Part shown: positions 28,035 to 37,273 of the stretch, one piece after another
How the letters are laid out: the number at the start of each line of letters is the position of its first letter
Numbering within the stretch: position 1 is the stretch's first letter
NCBI GenBank assembly: GCA_963848295.1
Contig: CAWKDB010000010.1
Coordinates: forward strand, 672,001 to 736,000
Direction of reading: 5' to 3'
Source: an uncultured delta proteobacterium
GTDB lineage: Bacteria > Myxococcota_A > Polyangia > Haliangiales > Haliangiaceae
DNA: 64,000 nucleotides
Notes under the pieces: generated by a model
What the model saw: the letters and a program-made list of their open reading frames with translations, nothing else
Told to the model about the DNA's origin: nothing
Database searches by the model: none
Position numbers and translations under genes: made by a program

Positions 28035-28720
28035 CACCCCGCCTCGGCGTCGGCGTCTTCGCTCGCCGGCGCGAGGCCCGGGTCGACGAACCGATAGCGC
28101 TTCCACGCGAACCGCACGCGTTGCAGCAACGACACGTGCGACATGATCGCGACCGCCCAGCAGCCGGCGAGCAGTGGCCGCGGATCGTGGAGCAGCGCGG
28201 TGAAGAACACGCCGAAGCCGTAGTAGATGATGAACTCGGCCGAGCCGAAGATGCCGACGACGTCGACCGGGTGGCCGATCTTGCCCTGCTCGCGCCAGAT
28301 GTCTTGCTGGCTCTCGGCGTAGATCGACAGCTTGATGATCACGTTGGTCAGCGAGCCGGTGATCCCGAACCCGAGCACGATCAACACGTGCGGATAGTCG
28401 TAGCTGAGGTTCAAGCAGCCGCCGGCGTACATCACGCCGAGCACCCAGCGATCGCAGACGTCGTCCATCACCGCGCCGAACGTCGAGCGCTGGTTGAAGT
28501 TGCGCGCCTTGTAGCCGTCGATGTGATCGATCAGCCCGCGCACGATCAACAGCACGAAGCCGAGCCACCAGTAGCCGTAGAACAGCACGACGCCGCCGAC
28601 CAGGCCGATGACCGCGCCGAGCAGCGTCCACACGTTCGCGTGGATCGGCAGCTTGGCGAGCGCGCCGACGATGGGGAGCAGGACCCGATCGATGTGCTTG
28701 CGAAACGCGAACAGGTTCAC
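28034..28720 (-). CDS. CDP-alcohol phosphatidyltransferase
   Basis: HANVWT; DHIDGYKARNFNQRSTFGAVMDDVCD. Confidence 0.9.
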   Translation of the reverse strand: MNLFAFRKHIDRVLLPIVGALAKLPIHANVWTLLGAVIGLVGGVVLFYGYWWLGFVLLIVRGLIDHIDGYKARNFNQRSTFGAVMDDVCDRWVLGVMYAGGCLNLSYDYPHVLIVLGFGITGSLTNVIIKLSIYAESQQDIWREQGKIGHPVDVVGIFGSAEFIIYYGFGVFFTALLHDPRPLLAGCWAVAIMSHVSLLQRVRFAWKRYRFVDPGLAPASEDADAEAG

Positions 28721-28748
28721 GTGGGGGTCCTTGCGGAAGTACGAGCGA

Positions 28749-30047
28749 TCATCCCTGGCGGACCGCACGCAACGTCTTGGCCAGCGCGGCCAAGAACGTA
28801 TCGATCTGCGCGGGTTTGATGGTGAGCGGCGGCTGCAGGCGCAGCACGTTGCCATAAAGGCCCGACACGGTGATCAACATACCCGCGGTATGCAGGCGGT
28901 CTTTGACCTGGCCCATCGCAGCCTTGCCGAGGATCTCCTTGGTGTCCCGGTTCTTGACCAGCTCGATCCCGCCGAGCAGGCCGGTGAACCGGACGTCGCC
29001 GATCCAGGGGTCGTTCAACGCGAACGCGGCCTCGGTGAAGTAGCGGCCCATCTTCGCCGCGTTGTCGATCAGCTTCTCGCCGAAGATCGTGTCGATCATC
29101 GCGGAGCCGGCCGCGGCCGAGACCGCATTGCCGCCCGACGTCGGGGTCGTGCCGCCGAAGAACGCCTGGCTGACCTGATCGCTCGCCAGCGTGACCGCGA
29201 GCGAGCCGACGCCGCCGGACAGGCCCTTGCCGCCGGTCATGATCTCGGGCTCGAGCCCGTAGTGCTCGACCGCGAACATCTTGCCGGTGCGACCGAGCCC
29301 GGTCTGGACCTCGTCGGCGATGAGGAGAATCTTGCGCGCCTTGCGCTCGCGATCGACGCGGTCCCACCACTTCTGCGGCGGTGCGAGGCCACCGACCGCC
29401 TGCACGACCTCGGCGATGATCGCCGCGGTCTGCGGTCGCGCGTCGAGCTTGCTCGGCAGCGAGTCGATGCACTCGGTCTTGCACGTCGACGCCGGTCCGA
29501 ACTTGCAGCGATAGCAGTACGCGGTCGGCAGCGCGTAGTTGTCCTTGCCGAGCGGCTTGCCGGCGGACTCGCGATACTTCTCGCTCGCGGTGACCTCGAG
29601 CGAGCCGAGCGTCAGGCCGTGATAGCCGTTCTCGATGTACGCGACGTCGGGCTTCTTCGTGTACTGGCGCGCCGCCTTGAGCGCGAACTCGTTCGACTCC
29701 GACCCGCCGGTCGAGAAGAACGCCTTGTGGATCGACTTCGGCGCGAGCTCGACCAGCTTCTTCGCGAGGCGAATCGCCGCGACCGTGCCGTGCTTGCCGG
29801 AGACCTGGAGCACTTCGCCGAGCTGCTTCTGCGCCGCGGCGATGATCGCCGGATGGCAGTGACCCGCGTTGTTCACGAAGTAGCCGGCGGTCAGGTCGAG
29901 GTAGACCTTGCCGTGGACATCGGTGACCTCGCAGTCTTTCGCCTTCGCGACGATGACGGGCTCGCCCGCGGGATGAGTCCACGGCCGCATGACGTACTTT
30001 TGGTCCGCCGCTTCGATGGCGTCCGGGTCTTCGAGAAGGTCGGTCAC
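28749..30047 (-). CDS. Class III PLP-dependent aminotransferase
   Basis: YLDLTAG, GHCHP, GGSESNE, YHGLT, ADEVQTGLGRTG, GKGLSGG, LRLQPPL. Confidence 0.93.
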   Translation of the reverse strand: MTDLLEDPDAIEAADQKYVMRPWTHPAGEPVIVAKAKDCEVTDVHGKVYLDLTAGYFVNNAGHCHPAIIAAAQKQLGEVLQVSGKHGTVAAIRLAKKLVELAPKSIHKAFFSTGGSESNEFALKAARQYTKKPDVAYIENGYHGLTLGSLEVTASEKYRESAGKPLGKDNYALPTAYCYRCKFGPASTCKTECIDSLPSKLDARPQTAAIIAEVVQAVGGLAPPQKWWDRVDRERKARKILLIADEVQTGLGRTGKMFAVEHYGLEPEIMTGGKGLSGGVGSLAVTLASDQVSQAFFGGTTPTSGGNAVSAAAGSAMIDTIFGEKLIDNAAKMGRYFTEAAFALNDPWIGDVRFTGLLGGIELVKNRDTKEILGKAAMGQVKDRLHTAGMLITVSGLYGNVLRLQPPLTIKPAQIDTFLAALAKTLRAVRQG

Positions 30048-30111
30048 GGCGGTGTTCCTACCATGGAATCCCGGCGTATCTCATCGCTTAAAGCGATGTC
30101 AACTTAGGCAC

Positions 30112-31053
30112 TTACCCGGACGCACCGGCGGTTGCCGGGCTCGCGCCGGGATCGGTCGCGAACTTGCCGTGCTCGCGCTGCCACACGCGGACCGAATCGC
30201 CGCGGATCACGCCGCCTTCGATCTCGTAGATCCGGTAGCGCGCGGTGCGCTCCGGCCGATCGTGCTCGTAGGTTCCGGATGCGATGCCGAGCACGGACAC
30301 CGGGCCATTCGGGCCGGCGAGCTGCTCGCTCATCATCCGGTGCTCGTGACCGTGCACGATCAGATCGGCGCCAGCGGCGGCGATCACGGACGCGAACGCG
30401 GCGTGGTCGCGCAGGCCGCGGATCCGGCTGAGCGCGCGCCGCCCCGCGGGCGGGTGATGGATCGCGACGACGCGCGCCTTGCCGCGTAGCCGTTCATCGG
30501 TGAGCACGCGCCCGAGCCGCGCGAGCTGGCCGGCGCCGACGTAGCCATACGCGGTGAACCACGGGGTCGCCCGGCTCGTCGTCACGCCGATCAACGCGAG
30601 CTCGCCGCGGACGCGCACGATCGGCCAATGCAGATCGTCGTCGGAGTCGTCGCCGTCGCGATCGGCATCGGTCCACTCCCAGCCCGCGTCGGTCGTGTTG
30701 TACGGCGCGAAGATCGCGGCGAAGTGCGCGATGCCCTCGGCGACGTACGCGTCGTGATTGCCCGGCAGCACGGTGACGTTCGTCGGCCCGCCGGCGAGCA
30801 GATCGAACTTGCCGCGCGCGAACTGGAACTCGCGCTCGAGCGCGAGGTTCGTGACGTCACCCGAGCACATCACGTGCTCGATGCCCTGCGCGTTGAGATC
30901 CGCGATCATGTCGTCGAACGCCGCGACGTGATAGTGCCGGCTGCGATTCGACAACAGATTCGCCGCGCCGAGCCAGCGCTTGTTGAGCAAGCTGCGCCAA
31001 CTCTCGCCGTCGTGCGACAGCAGGTGCAGGTCCGAGCAGTGTGCGAGTCGCAC
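30112..31053 (-). CDS. Calcineurin-like metallophosphoesterase
   Basis: SDLH, SGDVTN, PGNHD, IHHPP, HGHEH. Confidence 0.92.
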   Translation of the reverse strand: MRLAHCSDLHLLSHDGESWRSLLNKRWLGAANLLSNRSRHYHVAAFDDMIADLNAQGIEHVMCSGDVTNLALEREFQFARGKFDLLAGGPTNVTVLPGNHDAYVAEGIAHFAAIFAPYNTTDAGWEWTDADRDGDDSDDDLHWPIVRVRGELALIGVTTSRATPWFTAYGYVGAGQLARLGRVLTDERLRGKARVVAIHHPPAGRRALSRIRGLRDHAAFASVIAAAGADLIVHGHEHRMMSEQLAGPNGPVSVLGIASGTYEHDRPERTARYRIYEIEGGVIRGDSVRVWQREHGKFATDPGASPATAGASG

Positions 31054-31080
31054 GTGCCATGCGTAGCACGACCGGCGCGG

Positions 31081-32283
31081 TCAGTACGGATAGCCGATGG
31101 CGACGTAGACGCTGAGTCCCTCACCGCCGTCTGCGAGATCGATCCGCCCGACCAGCCGGGGGTGCACGAACGCGCGCAACCCGACGCCGGCGGCGAGTCG
31201 CGGGTGGGACAACGCGCCGTCGAACGAGTGAAAGACCTGTCCCGTCGCGACGAACGGATCGACGCGCCAGTCCGCGGTGACCCCGAACAGGTGCGTCCGG
31301 AGCACGCGAACCCGTTGCTCGAGCTCGAGCGTCCACGCCTGGCGATCGACGAACCGACCCTCGATGAAGCCGCGCATCAGGTCCTGGCCGCCGAGCATGC
31401 TCTGGTCGTAGAAAGGCGCGTCTGCCGAGCTCACCGCGTTCCAGTAGAACCGCGCGGCTCCGGACAGCCGCGACAGCTCCGGGACGATCGCGTTCGCCTG
31501 CACGCCGCCGCGCAAGAACGACGGCGAGCCGGAGAGGCCCTCGACGACCGTGCCCCACGCGTCGAGCCGGATGCCGCGATCGGCGTAGTCTCCGCCGACG
31601 CGATCGTCGTAGCGCACGTCGAGGCCCTCCGACAGCAGCGTGCTGCTCGCGCGCATCCCCGGTGCGTCGGGGAATTGCTCCGGTGACAGCGGGAGACCGG
31701 GGACGCCGGTGTCATCGACGCCGTCGTGGTCGATCTCGAGCGTCAGCCCGAGGTTGAAGTCCTTCATCAAGTTGAGGCCGCGACGCTCCCTCGCGAACGC
31801 CCGGCGGGCGGTGTAGCTGCTCTGCGCGCTCGCAGGCGTGTCGTCGCCGATGCCGTAGAACCGAGCGAACGCGTCGCGCTCGAGGTGGAGCTCGGCCTCG
31901 TCGGTCCATCGCCCGACCGCATGCGGCACGCGCTGCAGCGTCGCGAATGCGAGGTAATTGATGTGCGTGCTCGCCGACGCGAACACGACGACGGTGGTAT
32001 CGGGATCCGGGTAGACGTACCAGCGCACCGTGCCGGAGTAGTGGATGACCGAGTTCCACGTGACGCTCGGGGCGAGGATCCACTCGGTGTTGCCGGTCTC
32101 GCACACGTGAAGGAGAATCGGCATCGCACCCCAGGTGTTGCCCTCGTTCGGCGAGGTCGACCACACCGGCAGCCCGAGGACCTTGGTCTTCGAACCCGCG
32201 GCGCAGTCGGCGCGGGCTGGTCTGGCCGCGAGCAGCGCGCATCCGAGCGCGAGCGCCGCCGGGATGCTGGACTTGGCGGCCAC
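31081..32283 (-). CDS. Omp85/BamA-TamA-like outer-membrane beta-barrel without POTRA domains
   Basis: Signal peptide, MRGFIEGRFVDR (VRGF-like loop), GVGLR, terminal VAIGYPY. Confidence 0.78.
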   Translation of the reverse strand: MAAKSSIPAALALGCALLAARPARADCAAGSKTKVLGLPVWSTSPNEGNTWGAMPILLHVCETGNTEWILAPSVTWNSVIHYSGTVRWYVYPDPDTTVVVFASASTHINYLAFATLQRVPHAVGRWTDEAELHLERDAFARFYGIGDDTPASAQSSYTARRAFARERRGLNLMKDFNLGLTLEIDHDGVDDTGVPGLPLSPEQFPDAPGMRASSTLLSEGLDVRYDDRVGGDYADRGIRLDAWGTVVEGLSGSPSFLRGGVQANAIVPELSRLSGAARFYWNAVSSADAPFYDQSMLGGQDLMRGFIEGRFVDRQAWTLELEQRVRVLRTHLFGVTADWRVDPFVATGQVFHSFDGALSHPRLAAGVGLRAFVHPRLVGRIDLADGGEGLSVYVAIGYPY

Positions 32284-32297
32284 GGTGCCCGCTGACG

Positions 32298-33341
32298 CTA
32301 TCCGGTACCCGACTGTCGGCGTCCGCGGACGGCCAGCGGCCGATCGACCGTGATGCCGAGCGCGACCAGATCGTCTGCGCCGAGCGGCGCGGCGAGCGCG
32401 TCGCAAAACCATGCGAACGACTCCGGCTTCGCGCGGCGAAGGTTCGGCGCGGGCAGCGGCAGCGGCGGCATGAGCTCGGCAAATTGCGCTGCCAGCGCAT
32501 GGTTGTCTCCGGCGATCTGCGCGGTGCGCGCGAGCAGCTCGCCGGTCGCGGCACGCCGGCTTTGCTTCGGGCCGTCGAGGTTGGCGATCGTCGCCGCCCC
32601 CATCATCAGGCACCATGCGCAGAACGTGCGATAGCCGAGGTCGTCGCGCGGCAGCGCTTGGAGATAGGCGAGCGCTCCGCGCGCGTCGCCCCGCAGGCTG
32701 GCGAGCAGCTGGTCGCGGTCGGGCACGAAGAACCGACCCACCGCCTCGTCCTCGGCCTGATCCTTGAGGATGTTCACCTTCTGCAAGAACAACCCGAAGT
32801 GATACGCGAGCCGGGGTGCCGGCGGAGCCTCTCGCCGCCCGAGCGCCCAGAGCTCGGTCAGCATCTCGCCCACCGTACCGGCGACGAAGCAGCAGTAGCG
32901 CGCGACGTCCTCGACGTCGACCAACCGCAGCCGATCGGCGCGGCGGGTGTACGCCGCCATGCCGCTGGCCATGCGTTCGACCGTACCGAAGATCAGTAGG
33001 CGCGCCTCGGGGTCGAGCGCGTGGGCATCGTCGATCAAGGTCGCGGTGTGCGAGAGCAGCAAGCGCTCGTGATCGGTGAGCTGGTCGGGGAACCCCGCGA
33101 TGAACCCATCGACCTCGTCGTGGCGCGGCGGCCGGCGCAGGAACCCGCATAACCGTACGAACTGGCGCTGCTGGAGATCGCGGTCTTCGAACGGCGCGTC
33201 CTCGACGGTGTCGAGCACGCGCAGTAACAGGTACGCGAGCGCGACCCGGTCGCGAAACGGCGGGCTCAGCTGCGGAATGCACAGCGCGAAGCTGCGGCTC
33301 ACCGCATCGAGGAGCCGTTGATAGAGCGCGGGGGAGATCAT
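32298..33341 (-). CDS. Single-subunit squalene synthase (FDFT1/SQS type)
   Basis: VSRSFALCI, YLLLRVLDTVED, YCCFVAGTVG, GLFLQKVNILKD; ATG overlaps the shc stop. Confidence 0.88.
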   Translation of the reverse strand: MISPALYQRLLDAVSRSFALCIPQLSPPFRDRVALAYLLLRVLDTVEDAPFEDRDLQQRQFVRLCGFLRRPPRHDEVDGFIAGFPDQLTDHERLLLSHTATLIDDAHALDPEARLLIFGTVERMASGMAAYTRRADRLRLVDVEDVARYCCFVAGTVGEMLTELWALGRREAPPAPRLAYHFGLFLQKVNILKDQAEDEAVGRFFVPDRDQLLASLRGDARGALAYLQALPRDDLGYRTFCAWCLMMGAATIANLDGPKQSRRAATGELLARTAQIAGDNHALAAQFAELMPPLPLPAPNLRRAKPESFAWFCDALAAPLGADDLVALGITVDRPLAVRGRRQSGTG

Positions 33342-35281
33342 GCGCCACCTCCGATCGCCGCGCGATAGCGGCCGAGCGCGAGCAACGGAAAACAGTTGCG
33401 ATAGATGTGGTAGCGCAGCATGAAACCCGCGGACAGCTCGCGCCCCTGGCGGATCCGCGCGCCACGCTGCTCGCCGACGCCGTAGCCCGGGAACCCACAG
33501 CCGGTGAACTGCGACTCGTTCCACGCGCCGTCGTCACCCTGCGTGTTGCCGAGGAACGCGGCGGCACGACGCGCGACCGGCGTGTGCGCTCGACCGGCGG
33601 CGACCAACGCGAGCAGGGCCCACGCGGTTTGCGACGGGGTGCTCGGTCCGCGCCCGCGCAGATGAGGCACGACGTACGATTCGCAGCCTTCGCCGAAGCC
33701 GCCGTCGTAGTTCTGCCGCTCGACGAGCCAGCGCACCGCCCGCCGGGGGCGTAGGCCGTCCATCGGTTCGCCGACCGCGGCGAGCGCGGGCAGCACGGCG
33801 CCGACGCCGTAGATGTGGTTCACGCCCCAGCGGCCGAACCACGATCCCTCGGGCTCCTGTTGCGCGTAGAGATAGTCGAGCGCCCGGGACACCGCGGGGT
33901 GAGTGCGATCGTGGCCGAGCGCGCCGAGCATCTCGACCACGTGCGCCGTGACGTCCGGACTCGGCGGATCGATCATCTCGCCGAAGTCGGCGAACGGGAT
34001 CAGCGCGGGCAAGCGCGACGTGTTGTCCTTGTCGAACGCCGCCCAACCGCCGTTCGCGGATTGCATCGCCAAGATCCACCCGAGCGCTCGCTGGCGCGTC
34101 GCCTCGTCGAGCGCGCCGGCGCGATGCAGGCCGAGGATCACGACCGCGGTGTCGTCGATGTCGGGGTACAGATCGTTGTCGAACTCGAACGACCATCCGC
34201 TCGGCTCGATGTCCGCCACCGACATGCGCCAATCGCCCGCGACGCGAACCTCCTCGCCACGCACCCACCGTGCCGCGCGCTGGACCGTCGCATCGTCGGG
34301 TGCGATGCCCGACTCGAGCAGCGCCACGAGTGACAGCGCGGTGTCCCAGACCGGGGATAGGCACGCCTGCAATCGGAGCCGGCCGTCGCCGTGCCGCACC
34401 ATCCAGCGATCGTGCATCCCGGTCAGGCCCTTGCGGATCGGCGAGTCCGTCGGGCGGTAGCCGAGCGCGCTCAGCGCCATCAACGAGTACACGGTCGGCG
34501 GCTGGATCCCACCCCAGCTGCCATCCGCCTCCTGATGACCGAGGATCCAATCCTCGGCGGCGGTGCGGGCGCGAGCGCGCAACGGATGCCACGGCAACCA
34601 TGCGTACGCGCGCAGCGCGAGATCGACGGCGTGAAACACACGATCGATGGCATCGCGCGGGCGCCGCGGCGCCGGACCGGGGACGCGGAGCTCCGGGATC
34701 CGCGCCCACTCGGGCAGCGGTCGCACCGGTCGATCGTTCATCAGGATCAGCAAGGGCACGACCGTCGCGCGCGCCCACGACGAGAACCGATAGATGCTCG
34801 CCGCCGAGTGCGCGGGAACCAGCATGAGCTCGATCGGCATCGCCGGCAGATCGGTCCAGCTCCACTCGCCACACAACGCGAGCCAGATCTGCGTGAAGAT
34901 CCGCGCCGACGCGACCCCGCCGCGCGCGATGATGAACTCGCGAGCGGGCTCCAGGTGCGGTCCGGAATCGCCGGCGAGCTTGAGCGCGACGTAGCACTCC
35001 AGCGTGGTCGACAGATCGCCGGGCGCGCCCTCGTACATGCCCCAGGTCCCGTCCAGGCGTTGGTAGCTGCGGATGTCTCGCGCGACCCCGCGCCAGATCG
35101 AGTCGTCGCGCGTGCCGAGGAACTGGCTCATCAGGATGTACTCGGCGTCCATCGTCGCGTTCGATTCGAGCTCGGCCCACCAGTAGCCGTCGGCGAACTG
35201 CGCGCCGCGAAACCAGCCGCGCGAGCGTTCGACGACATCGGCGAGCTCGATCGGTGCGTGTTCGGTGCGTGAGGTGACCAT
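33338..35281 (-). CDS. shc: Squalene-hopene cyclase
   Basis: Catalytic YPDIDDTA (DxDD), QW repeats (QEADGSWGG, QSANGGW, QEPEGSWFGRWG, QNYDGGFGE). Confidence 0.97.
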   Translation of the reverse strand: MVTSRTEHAPIELADVVERSRGWFRGAQFADGYWWAELESNATMDAEYILMSQFLGTRDDSIWRGVARDIRSYQRLDGTWGMYEGAPGDLSTTLECYVALKLAGDSGPHLEPAREFIIARGGVASARIFTQIWLALCGEWSWTDLPAMPIELMLVPAHSAASIYRFSSWARATVVPLLILMNDRPVRPLPEWARIPELRVPGPAPRRPRDAIDRVFHAVDLALRAYAWLPWHPLRARARTAAEDWILGHQEADGSWGGIQPPTVYSLMALSALGYRPTDSPIRKGLTGMHDRWMVRHGDGRLRLQACLSPVWDTALSLVALLESGIAPDDATVQRAARWVRGEEVRVAGDWRMSVADIEPSGWSFEFDNDLYPDIDDTAVVILGLHRAGALDEATRQRALGWILAMQSANGGWAAFDKDNTSRLPALIPFADFGEMIDPPSPDVTAHVVEMLGALGHDRTHPAVSRALDYLYAQQEPEGSWFGRWGVNHIYGVGAVLPALAAVGEPMDGLRPRRAVRWLVERQNYDGGFGEGCESYVVPHLRGRGPSTPSQTAWALLALVAAGRAHTPVARRAAAFLGNTQGDDGAWNESQFTGCGFPGYGVGEQRGARIRQGRELSAGFMLRYHIYRNCFPLLALGRYRAAIGGGA

Positions 35282-35282
35282 G

Positions 35283-36257
35283 TCAGTTCCTTTCCGCTCG
35301 TGGCAGCGAGCTCTGCGCGAACCACCGCACCGCCTTCTCGAGCGCGGTCCGGATCGGGGTCTGAGGGAGTCCGAGCTCTCGAACGGCGCGCGCGCTGCTC
35401 GCGAAGCGGACCTCGTGTGCCGTCCGTACGCCCTCGACCGGCACGCGGCTGCCGCCGAACAGCGTCGCGATATGCGCCAGCGCGAGCGCGAGCCCGTAGG
35501 GCAGCTTCAGCCGCGGCGCCTCGCGACCGGACAGCTCGGCGAGCAACTCGAGCAACTCGCGCATCGTGACGTTCGCGTTGCCGAGGATGTAACGCTCGCC
35601 GCGCGTGCCGCGCTCGAAGGCGAGCCAGTGGCCCTCGGCGACATCGTCGACGTCGACGACGTTCATCCCGGTCTCGACATACGCGGGGAGCCGGCCGCGC
35701 AAGAAGTCCGCGATCATCTGACCGGTCGGCGTCGGCTTGATATCGCCCCAGCCGACCGGGAACGTCGGATTGACGATCACCGCGTCGAGCCCGCGCCTGA
35801 CCTCGTCGATCACGAGCTGCTCGGCGCGCAGCTTGCTCTCCTTGTACGGGCCGGCCGCGGGTCCGGTCGCGTGCTGCTGCTCGTCGGGGACCGCGCCATC
35901 TCGCACGCCGCCGATCGTCGAGATGCTCGACGTGTGGATCACCCGAGCCCCCGCGGTGCGCGCGGCGGCGAGCACGTGGCGCGTCCCGCCGACGTTGATC
36001 GCATCGAGCTCACCCGCGTCGGCCGCGAACGAGTAGCACGCGCCGACGTGAAAGATCGCATCGCAGCCCTGCGCCGCGACGCGGACCGACCACAGGTCGC
36101 GAAGATCGCCACGCACCGGCTCCACCGCGGCGGGGATCGGCACGTTCGGGGCGGTGCCCGGGCGAAGCAACACGCGCACCTTGACGCCTCGGGTCAACAG
36201 CGTCCGGGTGACGGCGCCGCCGATGAACCCGCTCGCGCCGGTGACGAGTGCCCTCAC
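35283..36257 (-). CDS. hpnA: Hopanoid-associated NAD-dependent epimerase/dehydratase
   Basis: LVTGASGFIG, YKESK, VGWGDIKPTPTG, LPAYVETGMNVVDVDDVAEGH; context. Confidence 0.9.
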   Translation of the reverse strand: MRALVTGASGFIGGAVTRTLLTRGVKVRVLLRPGTAPNVPIPAAVEPVRGDLRDLWSVRVAAQGCDAIFHVGACYSFAADAGELDAINVGGTRHVLAAARTAGARVIHTSSISTIGGVRDGAVPDEQQHATGPAAGPYKESKLRAEQLVIDEVRRGLDAVIVNPTFPVGWGDIKPTPTGQMIADFLRGRLPAYVETGMNVVDVDDVAEGHWLAFERGTRGERYILGNANVTMRELLELLAELSGREAPRLKLPYGLALALAHIATLFGGSRVPVEGVRTAHEVRFASSARAVRELGLPQTPIRTALEKAVRWFAQSSLPRAERN

Positions 36258-37273
36258 CGCCCGCCCTCGACCGGCACGAGCTCGCCGCCGACGAGCGCCA
36301 ACGACCGGACCGCGATCTCGAGCGACCGCGCCGCCGCGCGAGCCGCCACCGCGAGGCGCCACAACTCGAGCACGGCACGCCGGCCGTGCAACGCGTGGCG
36401 CAGCACCGGGCGAAGGTAGCTGTGGTGCGCAGTTCGGGTGAACGCGGGCAGCGGCGTGTCGAGCGAATCGACGATGACCCGCAGCGCGAGCCACGGGATC
36501 CCCGCCGACCGCGCGGCATCCGCGACGCACCAGCTCTCGAGATCGATCGCGAGCCTGCCCGCGCGGAAGTGGGCGCGTTTGTCCGCGCTCGATGTCGCGA
36601 CGTCGGTCGCGGTCAGCACCTCGCCGACGTACAGCTTGACTCGGCTGGCGAGCTCGCGGCTCGCCGTACGCACGGTCGGGTCATCGGCGTCGATCCATTC
36701 GCCGAGCTCGTCGCAGACCGATGACGCCAAGACGACATCGCCCGGCCGCAACCGGGCATCGAGCGCGCCGGCGAACCCGCAGCTCAGGACGACGCCTGGG
36801 TGGTGCTCCGCGATCGCTCGCGCGGCGCCGCCGCCCATCCCGATCTCGCGCGCCAACGCCCGGACCGTTCCGAGCTGGCCGTCGACCGGGCCGCGCCACC
36901 GTGTCGAGCCGAGCCCGCGGGCGATCGCGGCGGTCTCGAACGGCAGCGCGGCGAGGATCAGCGCCGGTCGGTCGCTCCACGGTCCCCAGGCCGGCGTGTC
37001 GCTCGGCTCGAGCGTGCCGCGACGCCGTTCCCATCTCGCATGAGCTTCGGCGGCCGCGTCCGTTCCGGTGAGCTCGACCTCGCGGACCTCGTCGAGGGCG
37101 ATCCTGAGGCGACGCTCCGCCGCGGTGTCGAACAGCTCGACGTGGCTCGGACCGCGATCGTAGACGAAGCCGACGAGCTCGCTGCCGTCGCGGCAGCGTA
37201 CCGTCACGAACCCGCGATAGTCGAGCGCGCGGTCGACCTGCTCGGCGAGCTGCCCTCGTGATTGCGCGGTCAT
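36254..37273 (-). CDS. hpnG: HpnG-like nucleoside phosphorylase with an extra ~95-aa N-terminal domain
   Basis: LSCGFAGALD, PGDVVLAS, AIDLES, LRVIVDS; coupled to hpnH (ATGA) and hpnA (GTGA). Confidence 0.78.
   Translation of the reverse strand: MTAQSRGQLAEQVDRALDYRGFVTVRCRDGSELVGFVYDRGPSHVELFDTAAERRLRIALDEVREVELTGTDAAAEAHARWERRRGTLEPSDTPAWGPWSDRPALILAALPFETAAIARGLGSTRWRGPVDGQLGTVRALAREIGMGGGAARAIAEHHPGVVLSCGFAGALDARLRPGDVVLASSVCDELGEWIDADDPTVRTASRELASRVKLYVGEVLTATDVATSSADKRAHFRAGRLAIDLESWCVADAARSAGIPWLALRVIVDSLDTPLPAFTRTAHHSYLRPVLRHALHGRRAVLELWRLAVAARAAARSLEIAVRSLALVGGELVPVEGGR

Noticed and set aside
33338..35281. Oxidosqualene cyclase / sterol pathway
   Set aside because: Active site is DIDDTA rather than DCTAE, no squalene epoxidase nearby, and hpnH is adjacent
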